Source of the DNA: Piromyces finnis finn
Lineage: Eukaryota > Fungi > Neocallimastigomycota
Reading direction: 5' to 3'
Assembly: GCA_002104945.1 (NCBI GenBank)
Contig: MCFH01000013.1
Location: forward strand, 868,001 to 932,000
Length of the DNA stretch: 64,000 bases
Below, piece after piece: positions 1 to 12,634 of this stretch (position 1 is its first letter; each line of letters starts with the position of its first letter). Made by a program: the position numbers and the translations under genes. The notes beneath the pieces were generated by a model. That model searched no databases and was not told the DNA's origin. It was given only the letters and a program-made list of their open reading frames with translations.

Positions 1-3000
1 ATCACATGGGGTCGATGTAGACCTCCATAAACTGGAAAACGTTAGTGAGGGAGAGATTATAAGAACACTTAAAAAATTATATAATAAAAAGAAACATTTT
101 TGTAAAGCTGGTTCAAATGTATTACTTTATGTTAATCCATTTTGTGAAGATGAATCTTTTTCAGATAGAATAAGTAAGAAATATGTTAATGAATGTAGAA
201 ATTATTCTAATGATAATACACCATTACCACCAAATATTTATGATATAGTAAATTCCGCTTATTCACATATGATCAGAGAAAAAGAAGATCAATCTATTAT
301 AATTAGGTAAATGAAAAAAGAAATATTATTTAGTGTATTAATATTTCCTTTTTTTTTTTTTTTATATTATTTTTTACGATATTGTTTAAAAAAAAAAATA
401 AAGCTAAACAATATTAATTATTAATTAATAATTAATTATAATTAATATACTAATATATTCAATGTTTTTAATATCTTTATTTTACTCTTTTATGAAAATA
501 ATATTAAAATATTTATTAAAATGAATATAAAAATATGCGAATTATGATCATGTAGCGGTGATGGAGCAAGTGGAAAGACAGAAATATTTAAAGCTATTGC
601 TAATCATTTATGTCACCTTACAAGAGAAACAAAAAAGAAAACTATTACACAATCAGCTATTTTAAGAATTAATAAAGTTTTAGGAAGTTTTGGAACAGCA
701 CAAACACTTATTAATCCAAACTCTTCACGTTTTGGAAAATATATTGAATGTCAATTTGATAGAACTGGAAAGATGATTGGTGCTAAATTAATGCATTATT
801 GTTTAGAAAAATCTCGTGTATCCAAGGTTCCTGATGATGAACGTAACTTTAATATATTTTATCATTTATTAGCGTCTGCTACATCAACTGAAAAGAGAAA
901 TTTAAATCTTTCTAGTCCAAGTAATTATTATTATCTTTCACAAAATTCATTATATAAAAGAACAACAAATGATGATACTTTAGATGGTCATGAATTACGT
1001 ACTGCTTTAAAATCATTTGGAATAGGTAGTCGTCAACAAGCTCAAATATTCCAATTACTAGCAGCTATTTTACATTTAGGTAATATTTCATTTATTGATA
1101 AGCCAAAAAATGTTCAGGAGCCATGTGCAATTAAGAATTATGATCAAGTTGAATTTATTGCTGATTTATTAGGTGTTACTGCTGAAGCATTAGAAACCAC
1201 ATTAACATACCAAGCTAAATGTATAAATTCTGATGTATTCACAGTATTATTGAATTCAAATGATGCTAATAGACAAAGAGATCGTTTAGCTAATACATTA
1301 TATTCATTACTTTTCAATTGGGTTATTGAACGTATTAATAACAAATTATGTGTTGAAGATGATACTGATAATTTCATTGGTGTTGTAGATCTTTTCGGTT
1401 TCCAAAATGAAAAAACAAATCAATTCGAACAATTTATTCAAAACTATACTTGTGAATATTTACAGTATCATGCTAATTGTGCTATTTTTGAAAAACCAAT
1501 TCATGAATTCCAAGAAGATGGTCTCTCCATGGAATCTTCAATCTTTAATAATAATAGAAGTAATATGGATATATTATCTCAAATGGTTGGGTAAATATTA
1601 AGTTATTAATTAAAATATTATATATTTTTTTTATAAAAATCATTTATAAGAAATTTCAATTAAAAAAATAAAATATAAATAATAATAGTATTATTGTATT
1701 TTTTTTTTCTTTATAAATATTAATTTATTTTTAAAACAAATTATTAAACATTTAACTATTAATCAATTATATAATAAATATGATAGTGTAATGGATTCAG
1801 TTAGTGGTGAGAGTGATGTTACTGATTTATCTTTACTTTCGAGATTAAATAATGAATTTTCTTCTAACTATTCATACACAAAATTAAATAATGGTTTTGG
1901 TATTAGTCATTTTTCAAAACAAATTACTTATGATGTGAAAGATTTTGTTGAAAAGAATTCCGATAATGTTTCTTCAGAATTTATTATTCTTGTTCGTGGT
2001 AGTAAAAAGAATAAAGCTTCTACAAACATGTTTTTAAGATCTCTTTTCTCTGAAAAGGCTATTACAACAACTCGTCCAATGAGATCAAATACTTATTTAA
2101 GTGGTAGAGCTTCTGTACCAAAAAGAATGCCATCTGTTAAGCGTCCATCCAAGAAAAATATTAATTCTGATAATAATAATGATTCTTCTAATCCAGATAA
2201 ATGTAATACAGTAGCATTACAATTAAATAAATCATTAGACAATTTATTAGATACATTATCAGATACAATATCATGGTTTGTTTATTGTTTAAGACCCAAT
2301 AATGATTTTGTATCCGATCGATTTGAAGATGATCTTATTTTAGATCAAATTCGAAGATTTGGCATTAAAGATATAGTTAATAAAGCAAAATTGAACAATA
2401 CTCTCAAGTCTTATGATATGAATGATTTCTGTAATGTTTATGAAGAATTAATTAAAGAATTACAAATTTCCTCATCTACCCCTCAAGAAAAATGTCAAGA
2501 TATGTGTAAACTATTCAATTTTGACTTGAATGAAATGATTGTTGGAAATCATAAAGTATTCTTGTCCGAATACGCCTGGAGATTCTTTGAAGCGGAAAGA
2601 ATTAATCAGAAAACAAAGGAAGAAACCGATGAAAGAGTAAAATTTATTGATGAAGATGAAGAATCCCTTAATGAATCTATTGGACCACAAGATGAAGAAC
2701 TTGGGGAATCCAAAGATAGTATTGCTTTTGATAGCAAAGAAGATTTAAGTTCAGAAACAGAAGTTGCTGCTCCAGAAGATGAAAATATACCAAAAATGAA
2801 AATGAAGAAACCAATTGTTGCTTCTAAAGAATTAACTAATGCTCGTAAATGGTGGTTATGTTATACTCGTTCTTCAACATGGTGCTTCTGTGATTGCTGT
2901 TTATCAAAATGTGGTAATATGAAAAGAGCCGATGTCCAAATTGCCTGGAGAGAAAAGGTGGCTATTAATATTATTATTTATGTTTTATGTATTTTGACTA

Positions 3001-5834
3001 TATTTTACATTATGGCTCTTGGTAGAATTGTTTGTCCTCCAAAGAAAGAATGGAGTTATGGTCAATTGTATGGTATGGAATATGAAGGTGAAAAAATGCG
3101 TGTTTCAGCATATGGTAAAGTATTTAAGTTTGGTGATAAATATGACATTCATGAAAGTTACAATAGTAGATTTTACAAAAAATACCATGGTATGGATTTA
3201 TCATATAAATTCACATTATATGATGATGCTTATTGGGATACTATGTGTCCTGGATTGGAAAAACCACAAAGTACCTTTGATAATTTATCTATGGGTCGTC
3301 GTACTCCTTCCGAAGATGGTATTGCTGATGTTCATGCTGATCCATATGGTGATGCAGGAAAATGGAGCAAAGAAGTTCTTAAATGGTTTAAGAATAATAA
3401 GATTGGTGAGGTTACAATTGAAAACACACCAGAAAGAATTAAGAGTACTTTATCCGAATGGGGTTATCATGGAGATGATCCATTCTATATTATTGTCTAT
3501 GAACGTATTTATGATTTAACTGGTTATATGGGTGATGAATATGGTACTAGTGGTGTATATGCTGATCAAAGATTCCTTATTCCTGAACAAAAGGATATAT
3601 TTGAAAATTATAAAGGTCAAGATATGTCCAATATTTTTGATAATTATAGGAAATTAGTTGGTGATCAAAAATGGGAACAAACTATAAAATGTATGGATAA
3701 CCTTTTCTTCATAGGTACTGTTGATCACAGAAATGACTTTAAATGTAAAATTACTAATTATATGATGCTGGGTGCTTCCATGATTATTGCTTCTATTTTA
3801 ATTGTAAAATTCTTAGCTGCCCTTCAATTTGGTTCAAAACGTCAACCAGAAGAACACGATAAATTTGTTATTTGTCAAGTACCATGTTATACTGAAGGCG
3901 AAGATTCAATTTCTAAGACTGTTGATAGTTTGGCTTACTTAGAATATGATGATAAAAGAAAACTTATTTTCATTATTTCTGATGGTATGATTATTGGTAG
4001 TGGTAATGATAGACCAACTCCAAGAATTGTATTAGATCATATGGGAATTGATCCAGAAATTGATCCAGAAGCTCTTTGGTATAATTCAATTGGTACTGGT
4101 ACCAACCAAGTTAACATGGCAAAGGTATATTCTGGTTTATATGAATATGAAGGTCATCCAGTTCCATTTATTGTTGTTGTTAAAGTTGGTACATATCGTG
4201 AAACATCTCGTCCAGGTAATCGTGGTAAGCGTGATTCTCAAATGATTTTAATGCGTTATCTTCATAATGTTCATCACAATTATCCAATGACACCACTTGA
4301 ACTTGAACTTTACCATCAAATGAAGAATGTTATTGGAGTTGATCCATCATTCTATGAATATATTCTTATGGTTGATGCTGATACTGTTGTTATGCAAGAT
4401 TCATTGAATATGTTAATTTCATCTATGGTTCGTGATTCTAGAATTATGGGTATTTGTGGTGAAACTCAATTAGATAATGAAAAGGATACATGGGTCACTA
4501 TGATTCAAGTTTATGAATACTTCATTTCTCACCATTTAAGTAAAGCATTTGAAAGTTTGTTTGGTAGTGTTACTTGTTTACCAGGTTGTTTCTGTATGTA
4601 TCGTATTCGTACACCAGTTAAAGGTACACCAGTTTTAATTACAAAGGGTATTATTGAAGATTATTCTGAATGTATTGTTGATACCTTACACAAAAAGAAT
4701 CTTTTAAGTTTGGGTGAAGATCGTTACTTGACTACTTTAATGTTAAAGCACTTCCCACAACTTAAGATTACCTTTATTAGAGATGCTAAATGTTTAACTA
4801 ATGCTCCAGAAACATGGGCTGTTCTTTTATCTCAACGTCGTCGTTGGATTAATTCTACTGTTCATAATTTAGTGGAACTTTTATTCTTGAATGATCTTTG
4901 TGGTTTTATGTGCTTCTCTATGCGTTTCGTTGTACTTATTGATTTATTCTCGACTATGGTTCAACCAGCTATGATTATTTACTTATTCTATCTTATATTC
5001 TGTATTATTTTCCCAGAAGAAGATTCAGTATTCCCATGGGTATCACTTCTTATGTTAGCTTTCACATATGGTTTACAAATTATTATTTTCATTCTTAGAG
5101 GTGCCTTCCAACACATTGGTTGGATTGTTATTTATATTCTTGCAATGCCAATTTTCAGTATGTTCATTCCATTATATTCATTCTGGCACTTTGATGATTT
5201 CTCATGGGGTAATACTCGTCGTATTTTAGGAGAAAAGGGTAAGGTTAAACTTGTTGGTGATGAAGAAAATGAAGAATTAATTGAAGATATTCCAACTAAA
5301 TTATGGTCAGAATATGAAAAGGAATTAAATGAAGCCTTGCTTGAAGCTGAAAGAAATGGAAATTCAAGTGATAGCAATACTTATAGAAATAGTTTAGGTC
5401 CTACTGAAATGATGTCTAATTATGAATCTGCTTATGGAGGTGGTTTAATGCCATATGGAGCAGGAAGTGTTATAAATGCTCCTACATATGCTGGTAGCAA
5501 TTACGCTGGATCTGCTTATGCTGGAAGTGTTGTTAATGCTCCTGCTTACGGATACACAAGACAAGGATCAAGTGAAATTAATGCTTCATCCGAATGGTTA
5601 TTAAGTCAAAATAATAGGGATAGTATGGCTATGTCATCCGAAGTAGATGAAAGTTTCAGTATTACAGATGAAATGATTATGGCTGAAGTTAGAAGAATTA
5701 TAAATAATTCTGATTTAATGTGTATTACAAAGAAGAAAGTAAGAGAAGAAGTTTCTGATCATTTCGGTGTTGATTTATCAAACAGAAGGGATTATATTAA
5801 CCATTGCATAGAAATGGCTTTAGAAGAAAGATAA
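1..5834 (+). CDS. Chitin synthase with N-terminal myosin motor-like domain (class V type, myosin XVII), 5'-partial; introns 307-555 and 1591-1786
   Basis: Frame is open from base 2. Splicing gives the P-loop SGDGASGKTE, switch I NSSRFGKY and switch II-like DLFGFQ. The 1791-5834 ORF carries cytochrome b5-like segments, CHS motifs (VDADT, LGEDRYL, QRRRW), C-terminal TM helices and a DEK-C-like tail (ITDEMIMAEVRRII...KKVREEV). GT..AG junctions keep the frame. Confidence 0.95.
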
Positions 5835-6362
5835 ATTTATATATAGCAATATTTAATAATAATTATATTTCTTTATTTATTTATAAAAAAGAAGAAGTAA
5901 ACCATATTTTATAAATATCTTTAATGTATTTAAAATGTTTGTAATATTTAATATAGTTATACATATTTTTATATTTTTATATTACTTGACAAAAAATTTA
6001 TAAACTTATTTAGTAAAATTTAGTAAATATATACTATATAAAGAAAGTTATATTAATAATACTTTATACAATTAATTATCAAAAATATATTAAAAAATAT
6101 TGATGTATTATTTTTTATTTATTTATTTATATATATTTATTTATAATTAAATATTTACTTTAAAATTAATATATTTTAATTTTTACATATTATTTTTTTC
6201 CTCATCAAAATCAAAACTGTACAAAATAAGATAAAATGGTTTTTATTTATTTTTTTTTTTTTTCCTATCCTTTTTTTCTTAATATTTTACTCTGTATTTA
6301 CTTTTTTATATATATATTATATATATATATTTAATAATTTATGGAAAACAATTTATTTTACA

Positions 6363-8453
6363 TTATTTTACATTAATTGAAGATTGCGAAACGGAATTTA
6401 TTGAAAATGTATTTTCAGCTAATGCTTTATATATTAAGGTTCTCATTTGTATAAAAAGATTTCTATTTTTGATTACTTGACCAATATTTCTAACAGTCTC
6501 ATCTGCACTTTGTGTTCCATTATTAAAATTGGTAATATTAGAAGCAAATTCTTCAAATTCAGATTCTTGTAAACTTTCCTTTATTTTTTTATATAATTGA
6601 GATGCATCAATTTTTTGAAGAGGTATTGAATTTAATATTGTATTATTATTATTATTGCTATTATTGTTATTGCTATTATTATTGTTGTTATTACTATTGA
6701 CATTATTTTTATTGGCTGGATTATTGACATTATGTTTTAAATAATATGATGAATCTTAAAATATAAATAATAATTCATATTAATAATGGAGGATTATCAA
6801 TAATGCAGGTAATAAAATTAATAAATGAAAAATTGTTTATAGAGACACATAGTACTATACTTTTTATTCATAAATAATTAATATATTTTAAACATTTTTA
6901 TAAATACCTATAATTGAATTATCTAAATTTGCTAATTTTGATGCAATTTCAATATCTTTATTATTTTGGGATTCACTTATTTTTTTATTTATTGTGTTAT
7001 TTTTATTATTTCCTATTATCTAATAATATTATTCATATTATCCATTATAATTTAAATAGAATTATTAATTAAAAATTATTAATAAAGAAATATATACTGT
7101 TATTATTTAGAATTAATGAATAAAATAAAATTCATACTGAATTGTCAAAATTATATGTTGAATTTGGAGATATCAATTGCTGCTTCTCTATTATTTCTTG
7201 TCCAATATTAAATATTGAGTTATTAATATCATCATTTGGTGTAAAAAAAGATACTGATTTATTTGCAGGAATCTGTGTATCTAATTGTTCTAATTCTAAG
7301 GAATCTGGAAAAGTATCATTTTCTATTTGTAATGATGATTGTGGTGTAACTTCTACCATTGATACAATTGACTATTTACAAAAATTTTAAAAAGTAGTAA
7401 ATAATTAAATAATTTCTTCTTTTTATTTATTATTATTTTTTTTTATTATATTTATATATATTATTACTTTTCTAAATGATTCTAACTGCGCAGCATTTTT
7501 TCTTAGAGCATTATATTTCTCAATAATTGAATTTTTTGTTGTTATTAGTACTCTTTTTTCAGCTATTATTTTATATTATATAGTATTAATAAAAATAAAA
7601 TTATTGTCAATTATTAATAACAATTATAAGATAAATAATTGTCATATTTAAAAATTAATATTTTACACAAGGGATAAAGTTACCTTGTTGGGAAGATATA
7701 ATTTTTTCCATTTCTATTATTTTATTATTAAGTTCAGTTACAGTATTTTCTAAACTATTTATCTATAATAATATTAATTAATATGAATTAATATTAATAA
7801 AAATAATGAATAATGAAAAATATCTATTAACTTTTAGTCAGACATGAAATAATTACTTTTGTTTTTTGAACATTGGCAATTTCTTTCCATTGATTAATTT
7901 CATCTTTATATATTATTACACATATTTATAACTAAGTTATTGAACAAATATAATATCAAATTTTTATAAAATATTTTTTTTTAAAACAGATATTAACCTT
8001 GATTTTGTTCATATTCTTCTTTCATTTTTTCTAAAGCTGAATGAAGCTATAATTGTATGATAATATATTTATAATTGTTATTAAATGGTTATGCATTACA
8101 TTTAAATTGTCGAATAATATATAACATTTCAATAAATAAATAAATAAATAATTTAAATAATGGAAAGTAATAATATAATAATATTTATTAACAGTATTGT
8201 AATTACAAGGAAGGAATATATTATAATAAAAATGTCAAATTCGAAATTTTGTTAATAATTTTGTTTCTAAACCTCTTTAAAATTTTACTCATATTATGAA
8301 CTATATATAATTATTAAATATTTTATTTATTAATTTATTTATTTATTTTTTTTTAAAAGAAATTACATATTTTTCTATGTTATCAGCTTTTTCTGTAAAG
8401 TCATTTAGTGGTTTATTTAAAGATTTTTTTAATGGGTTGATAGTTGCTGCCAT
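6363..8453 (-). CDS. Multi-exon coiled-coil protein resembling the plant At4g15545 family
   Basis: Manually spliced exons: MAATINPLKK...NIEKY | LHSALEKMKEEYEQNQ | VINMCNNIYKDEINQWKEIANVQKTK | INSLENTVTELNNK... | AEKRVLITTKNSIIEKYNALRKNAAQLESFRK | SIVSMVE..., and a C-terminal IDASQLYKKIKESLQESEFEEFASNITNFNNGTQSADETVRNIGQV. These resemble the LEGFRKTLM and VDGKEFFRQ...YEQF..FLANVKELN...EETL motifs of that family as I recall them. Mostly missed by the ORF track. Confidence 0.65.
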
Positions 8454-8782
8454 TTTATATATATATATATATTTTTTTTTCTTAAGTCTTTTTTTTTTTT
8501 TATTTAACTTATTTCTTTAACAGAAAGTAATGCTTAAAATAGTTCTTATAATGAATTATTGTTAAAATATAGTTTTAAAATTCAAAAATTCTTTATTTAA
8601 AATGAAATTGAAATTGGTAAAAAGTTTAAATATGTTCTTTTGAAAAATAATTTTATAATTTTAAAATTTGAAATTTAATTTAAAATATGTATCTTTATTA
8701 AATTTTAATATAAATTTTTTTTTATTGAAATTTAAAAATAATTAAATATTAAATTAAATATTATAATACATTTTAAAAAAGT

Positions 8783-10731
8783 TTATTTTTTCTTAAAAAA
8801 TGATTCTAAACTTCTCATTCCGGATTTATTTGCTTTAGCTAAACGTTGCTGACCTGGTGTCAATGTTGCTTTCTTTTTCTTTGTCTATAAAATAAATAAT
8901 AGTTTATTAATTATGCTATGCAATAGCTCTATATATGTATATTTATATTACATTATTTAAAGTTTCAGTAGATATTGCTCTTTTATTGCTATTTCTGCTA
9001 TTATATATTAGATCTTCTTCATTAGCATATACATAATTGGTTTCATTTTCCACTGGCTCAGGCAAACTATTGTTTTTTATTTTATTTTATTTTATTTTAT
9101 TTTATAATTTATTTTTAAGTAATAATAATATCAACCATAATAATTTTTATAAAAATTAAAAATTAATTATTTTATCATTTTTATATAATTTAATAATAAT
9201 AGTGCAATATTATACTTTAAACTCTTTTTAAGTTTGATCGACCATTTAACTGATAGATACTCTGACATGAGGATTATAGCTATTCTTTTTTTTTTAACTA
9301 GAAAAATAATTGAATATTATAATAATTATAATCACATATATTATAATAATAAAAAAAGAAAAAAAACTCATTTTAAAAATTTCTCCTTACTTTCAATATC
9401 TTCATTTGATGTTTCGTATTTATTTAAAAGATTCATACATAATGTTAAATTTTCGAAATTTTTACATAAATTATCAATCTTTAAATAAAAATAATTTATT
9501 ATAATTATGACTTTATTATGATATTTAAAATATATTAAAAAATCTTGAATTCTACTATCTTTATTATATATACCTTCCTTTTTAACCATTCTAGAGCTTT
9601 TGTTTCATTATATTTAAAAACCATTTCATTTGTATTAATATTAAGGTCTAAAACGTTAAATATTTCACTATTAGTATTAGATATCATGACACGCTTAATT
9701 ATTTTTATCTCCATTACCATTTACATCACATATATTTTTTAATTTTTCTTCGATATTATTAACTTGATTCAGGTATGAATAACATGGTATATCTTCATTA
9801 TATAATATTATATCTAATTGTTGAAAAAAATCTTTCTATTTTTTTTTAAAAAAAATTATAATATTATCATGTTAAAACAATTTAGTTACGCACAAGTTAT
9901 ATATTTCTCTTTTAAATACTTTTTAAATTTACTTTATCCATATTATCAAATATATTTATAAAAATGAAAAGTGGGTCAAATGGACATATACAATAAAATG
10001 AACCTTCTAAGAAATGATATATATGAAATACACATGATATAAATTATTATAAAATATAAAAATAATTAATGTATACTTTTACCAACCTTCTTTTACATTA
10101 TTTTCAAAAAACCAAGATCTTTCATTTTCTTTCGATAACTGTTTTAATTCATATAATTCATTATTTTTTATACAAAATAAATTCGGAGTTCCTATTAATC
10201 ATTAATCATAGTTATTAATTATAGATAATATTTTATTTATTGGTAAATGGAATTATATTAGTACATATTCGATATATATAGCGTTTTGATGCAATGATAG
10301 AATGATTGTTAAAAAAAAAAAAAATAACAATAGCTATTTAGTAACATTTATTTATATTACCATAGGCAGGATGAATTAACTTAAATATTTCAATATTTTC
10401 GTTTTCTTATATGGTGAAATTAAAGTATTAATAAATATATATTATAATTAATTATATATAGAATATTAAATTTAAAATTTTTATGTTTATTTAATAGCGT
10501 TTAAATTTAATTAAAATTATTTTCATTAAAATTTAAAGAAATTAATGTTGTGTATAAAGTTAGGTTAAAACATTTTAATATTATAATATAATTATCAAAA
10601 TATTGTATTTATTTTTTTTTTGGAAACAAAAAAAAATAAATAAAACACTTATTTTATTAATTAAATTTAATTCTATTTTTATTACCTCCATTCTTCTTAT
10701 CATTCGGTATAAATATTACTAAATTCGACAT
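8783..10731 (-). CDS. RNASEH2B: Ribonuclease H2 subunit B (multi-exon)
   Basis: Exons read KLIHPAY, NNELYELKQLSKENERSWFLENNVKE and CPFDPLFIFI, with C-terminal LTPGQQRLAKANKSGMRSLESFFKKK*. These match the RSWF and DPLF motifs and the terminal PIP box (human KSGMKSIDTFF). Confidence 0.88.
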
Positions 10732-11046
10732 TCTAAAATCTTATTTTATTTCTTGAAAGAACCATTTTAATAAATTTTAATATATATTTTATTATTCATT
10801 TGTTTCATTTAATTTATCCACTTTTAATAGATCATTAAAATTCATATGTTTAGTCTGTAACCACATATATTTATGATAATAGTGAATAAATGTTTTAAAA
10901 ATTCAAATGATGATCATATTTAACACGGATACATGATTGGTACCAAAAGTGTGCAATTTTTAGAGGTGATTGGAAAAAAATCACCACGTGATCATAACTC
11001 ATAAAAAACAGATCAGCTCAATTTTAATTAAATTCCTTCTCTTAAT
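10732..11046. promoter_or_regulatory. Short divergent (bidirectional) promoter region between RNASEH2B and RPS9
   Basis: 315 bp between two head-to-head ATGs. Contains two ATTGG (reverse CCAAT) elements near 10935 and 10969, and CACGTGA at 10985-10991. Confidence 0.5.
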
Positions 11047-11744
11047 ATGTCTCAAAGAAATTGTATGTATTATGTAGTTTTTGTGTTGTTTAAATGTATC
11101 ATTTATTGTATGATTTTTTTTCGTTATTAACTAATTCATCCATCCTTTTTGTATTTTATGTCTATTTTATTATCTATTATATTATTATAAACTAATCAGG
11201 CTCCAAGACCTCGAAGGTCCCAAAACGTCCATTCGAATCCGAACGTCTCGACCAAGAACTCCAAATCATTGGTAGATACGGTCTTCGTAACAAGCGTGAA
11301 ATCTGGAGAATTGGTTACACTCTTTCTAAGATTCGTCGTGCTGCTCGTGAACTTCTTATTTTAGATGCTCACGATCCACGTCGTCTTTTCGAAGGTAATG
11401 CTCTTATTCGTCGTTTAATCCGTATTGGTATCTTAGACGAAAGTAAGGCCAAGCTCGATTACTGTCTTGGTTTAAAGATTGAAGATTTCCTTGAAAGACG
11501 TCTCCAAACTAGAGTCTACAAGCGTGGTCTTGCCAGATCCATCCACCACTCTAGAGTTTTAATTAAGCAAAGACACATTAGAGTTGGTAAGCAAATCGTT
11601 GATGTTCCATCCTTCGTTGTCAGAGTTAACAGTGACAGTCACATCGATTTCGCCCTTAACTCAACCTTCGGTGGTGGTCGTCCAGGTAGAGTAAAGAGAA
11701 GAAACCTTGCTAACGGTGGTGATGAAGCTGCTGATGAAGAATAA
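11047..11744 (+). CDS. RPS9: 40S ribosomal protein S9 (uS4); intron 11063-11199
   Basis: ATGTCTCAAAGAAATT|GTATGT...ACTAATCAG|GC gives [42 protein letters not shown]...[26 protein letters not shown]...[12 protein letters not shown]. Strong codon bias; TAA at 11742-11744. Absent from the ORF track. Confidence 0.97.
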
Positions 11745-12375
11745 GCACTTTATTAACATTAATATTTTCAAATAAAATATTTATGAAATAATAAAAAATT
11801 ATTTAAAAAACAAATAAAATGTGTTTTTTTTATTATTTTGGGTATATATGCAAAACAGATTATATGTGAATTAAATGAAGGAAGCTGAAAGAGTAAAAGA
11901 TGAACGTTTATAAGGAAAAGCGAAAAGGAGTTTGGTGTATCAAAATATGGAAATTTATATATGTATTTAAAGGTTGAATATATTTATAAATAAATAAAAT
12001 ATAAAGAAAATGATATTTTCAAGGTTTGTAAAATAAAGTAGTAATGTCATGTTTTAAGAAATGATAAGTAATATTGTTGTAAAAGTATAAAATTGTTATT
12101 TATAAGGTATAAAGGTATAAATGATTTCAAAAATCATGTGTAGAAGATATGAAAAAATTATAAGTGTACAATTATAACGTTTGTAAATTACTAGATAGTT
12201 TAATTTAATAAGAAGTTAATAATAGTAGTTATACAATTATTAAGAAATAAAAAGAAATATTGTGTTTTGGATTGTTTTGGGGTAATATTAGAGAGGTTTT
12301 ATTGTGGTGGTGCATTTTATTATTTAATGAAATAGTACATATAAACCTTTAAATTAAATGAATATTAGAAAAGGT

Positions 12376-12387
12376 AAGTAGACAATA
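12376..12387 (+). repeat. Left target-site duplication AAGTAGACAATA
   Basis: The identical 12-mer occurs at 18082-18093, directly after the poly(A) tail. Confidence 0.9.
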
Positions 12388-12634
12388 CCCTCTTGGGAAC
12401 GTGCCTTCATTTATTTAATAAATGTAGTTTCTCAAGGGGGTCTACTCATGCTCATGGTACTGAGAGAGTAGAAAGAATTAAATCCAAGTATTGCGCAATG
12501 GATGCTTGGTGCCCTCTTAGGAATGTGCCTTCATTTATTTAATAAATGTAATTTCTCAAGGGGGTCTACTCATGCTCATGGTACTGAGAGAGTAGAAAGA
12601 ATTAAATCCAAGCATTGCGCAATGGATGCTTGGT
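12388..12634 (+). repeat. Two tandem 124-bp-period modules at the exact 5' end of the LINE, plus a partial third hairpin copy at 12665-12680
   Basis: 12388-12510 and 12512-12634 differ at only 4 positions. GCTCATGGTACTGAG recurs a third time at 12665. Confidence 0.95.

Noticed and set aside
3019-3519. Overlapping alternate-frame ORFs within CHS, GLT1, the MFS gene and the 59280-63992 gene
   Set aside because: Shadow ORFs of long real CDSs with biased codons; no independent motifs.
12388-12634. Reading the 124-bp modules as a known ribozyme (hammerhead, HDV, twister, pistol)
   Set aside because: No CUGANGA core on either strand (CTGAGAG does not fit). GCCCTCT/AGGGGGT resembles an HDV P1 with a G.U first pair, but no P1.1 GG, P3/L3 or P2 follows. 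No twister or pistol pseudoknot partner was found.
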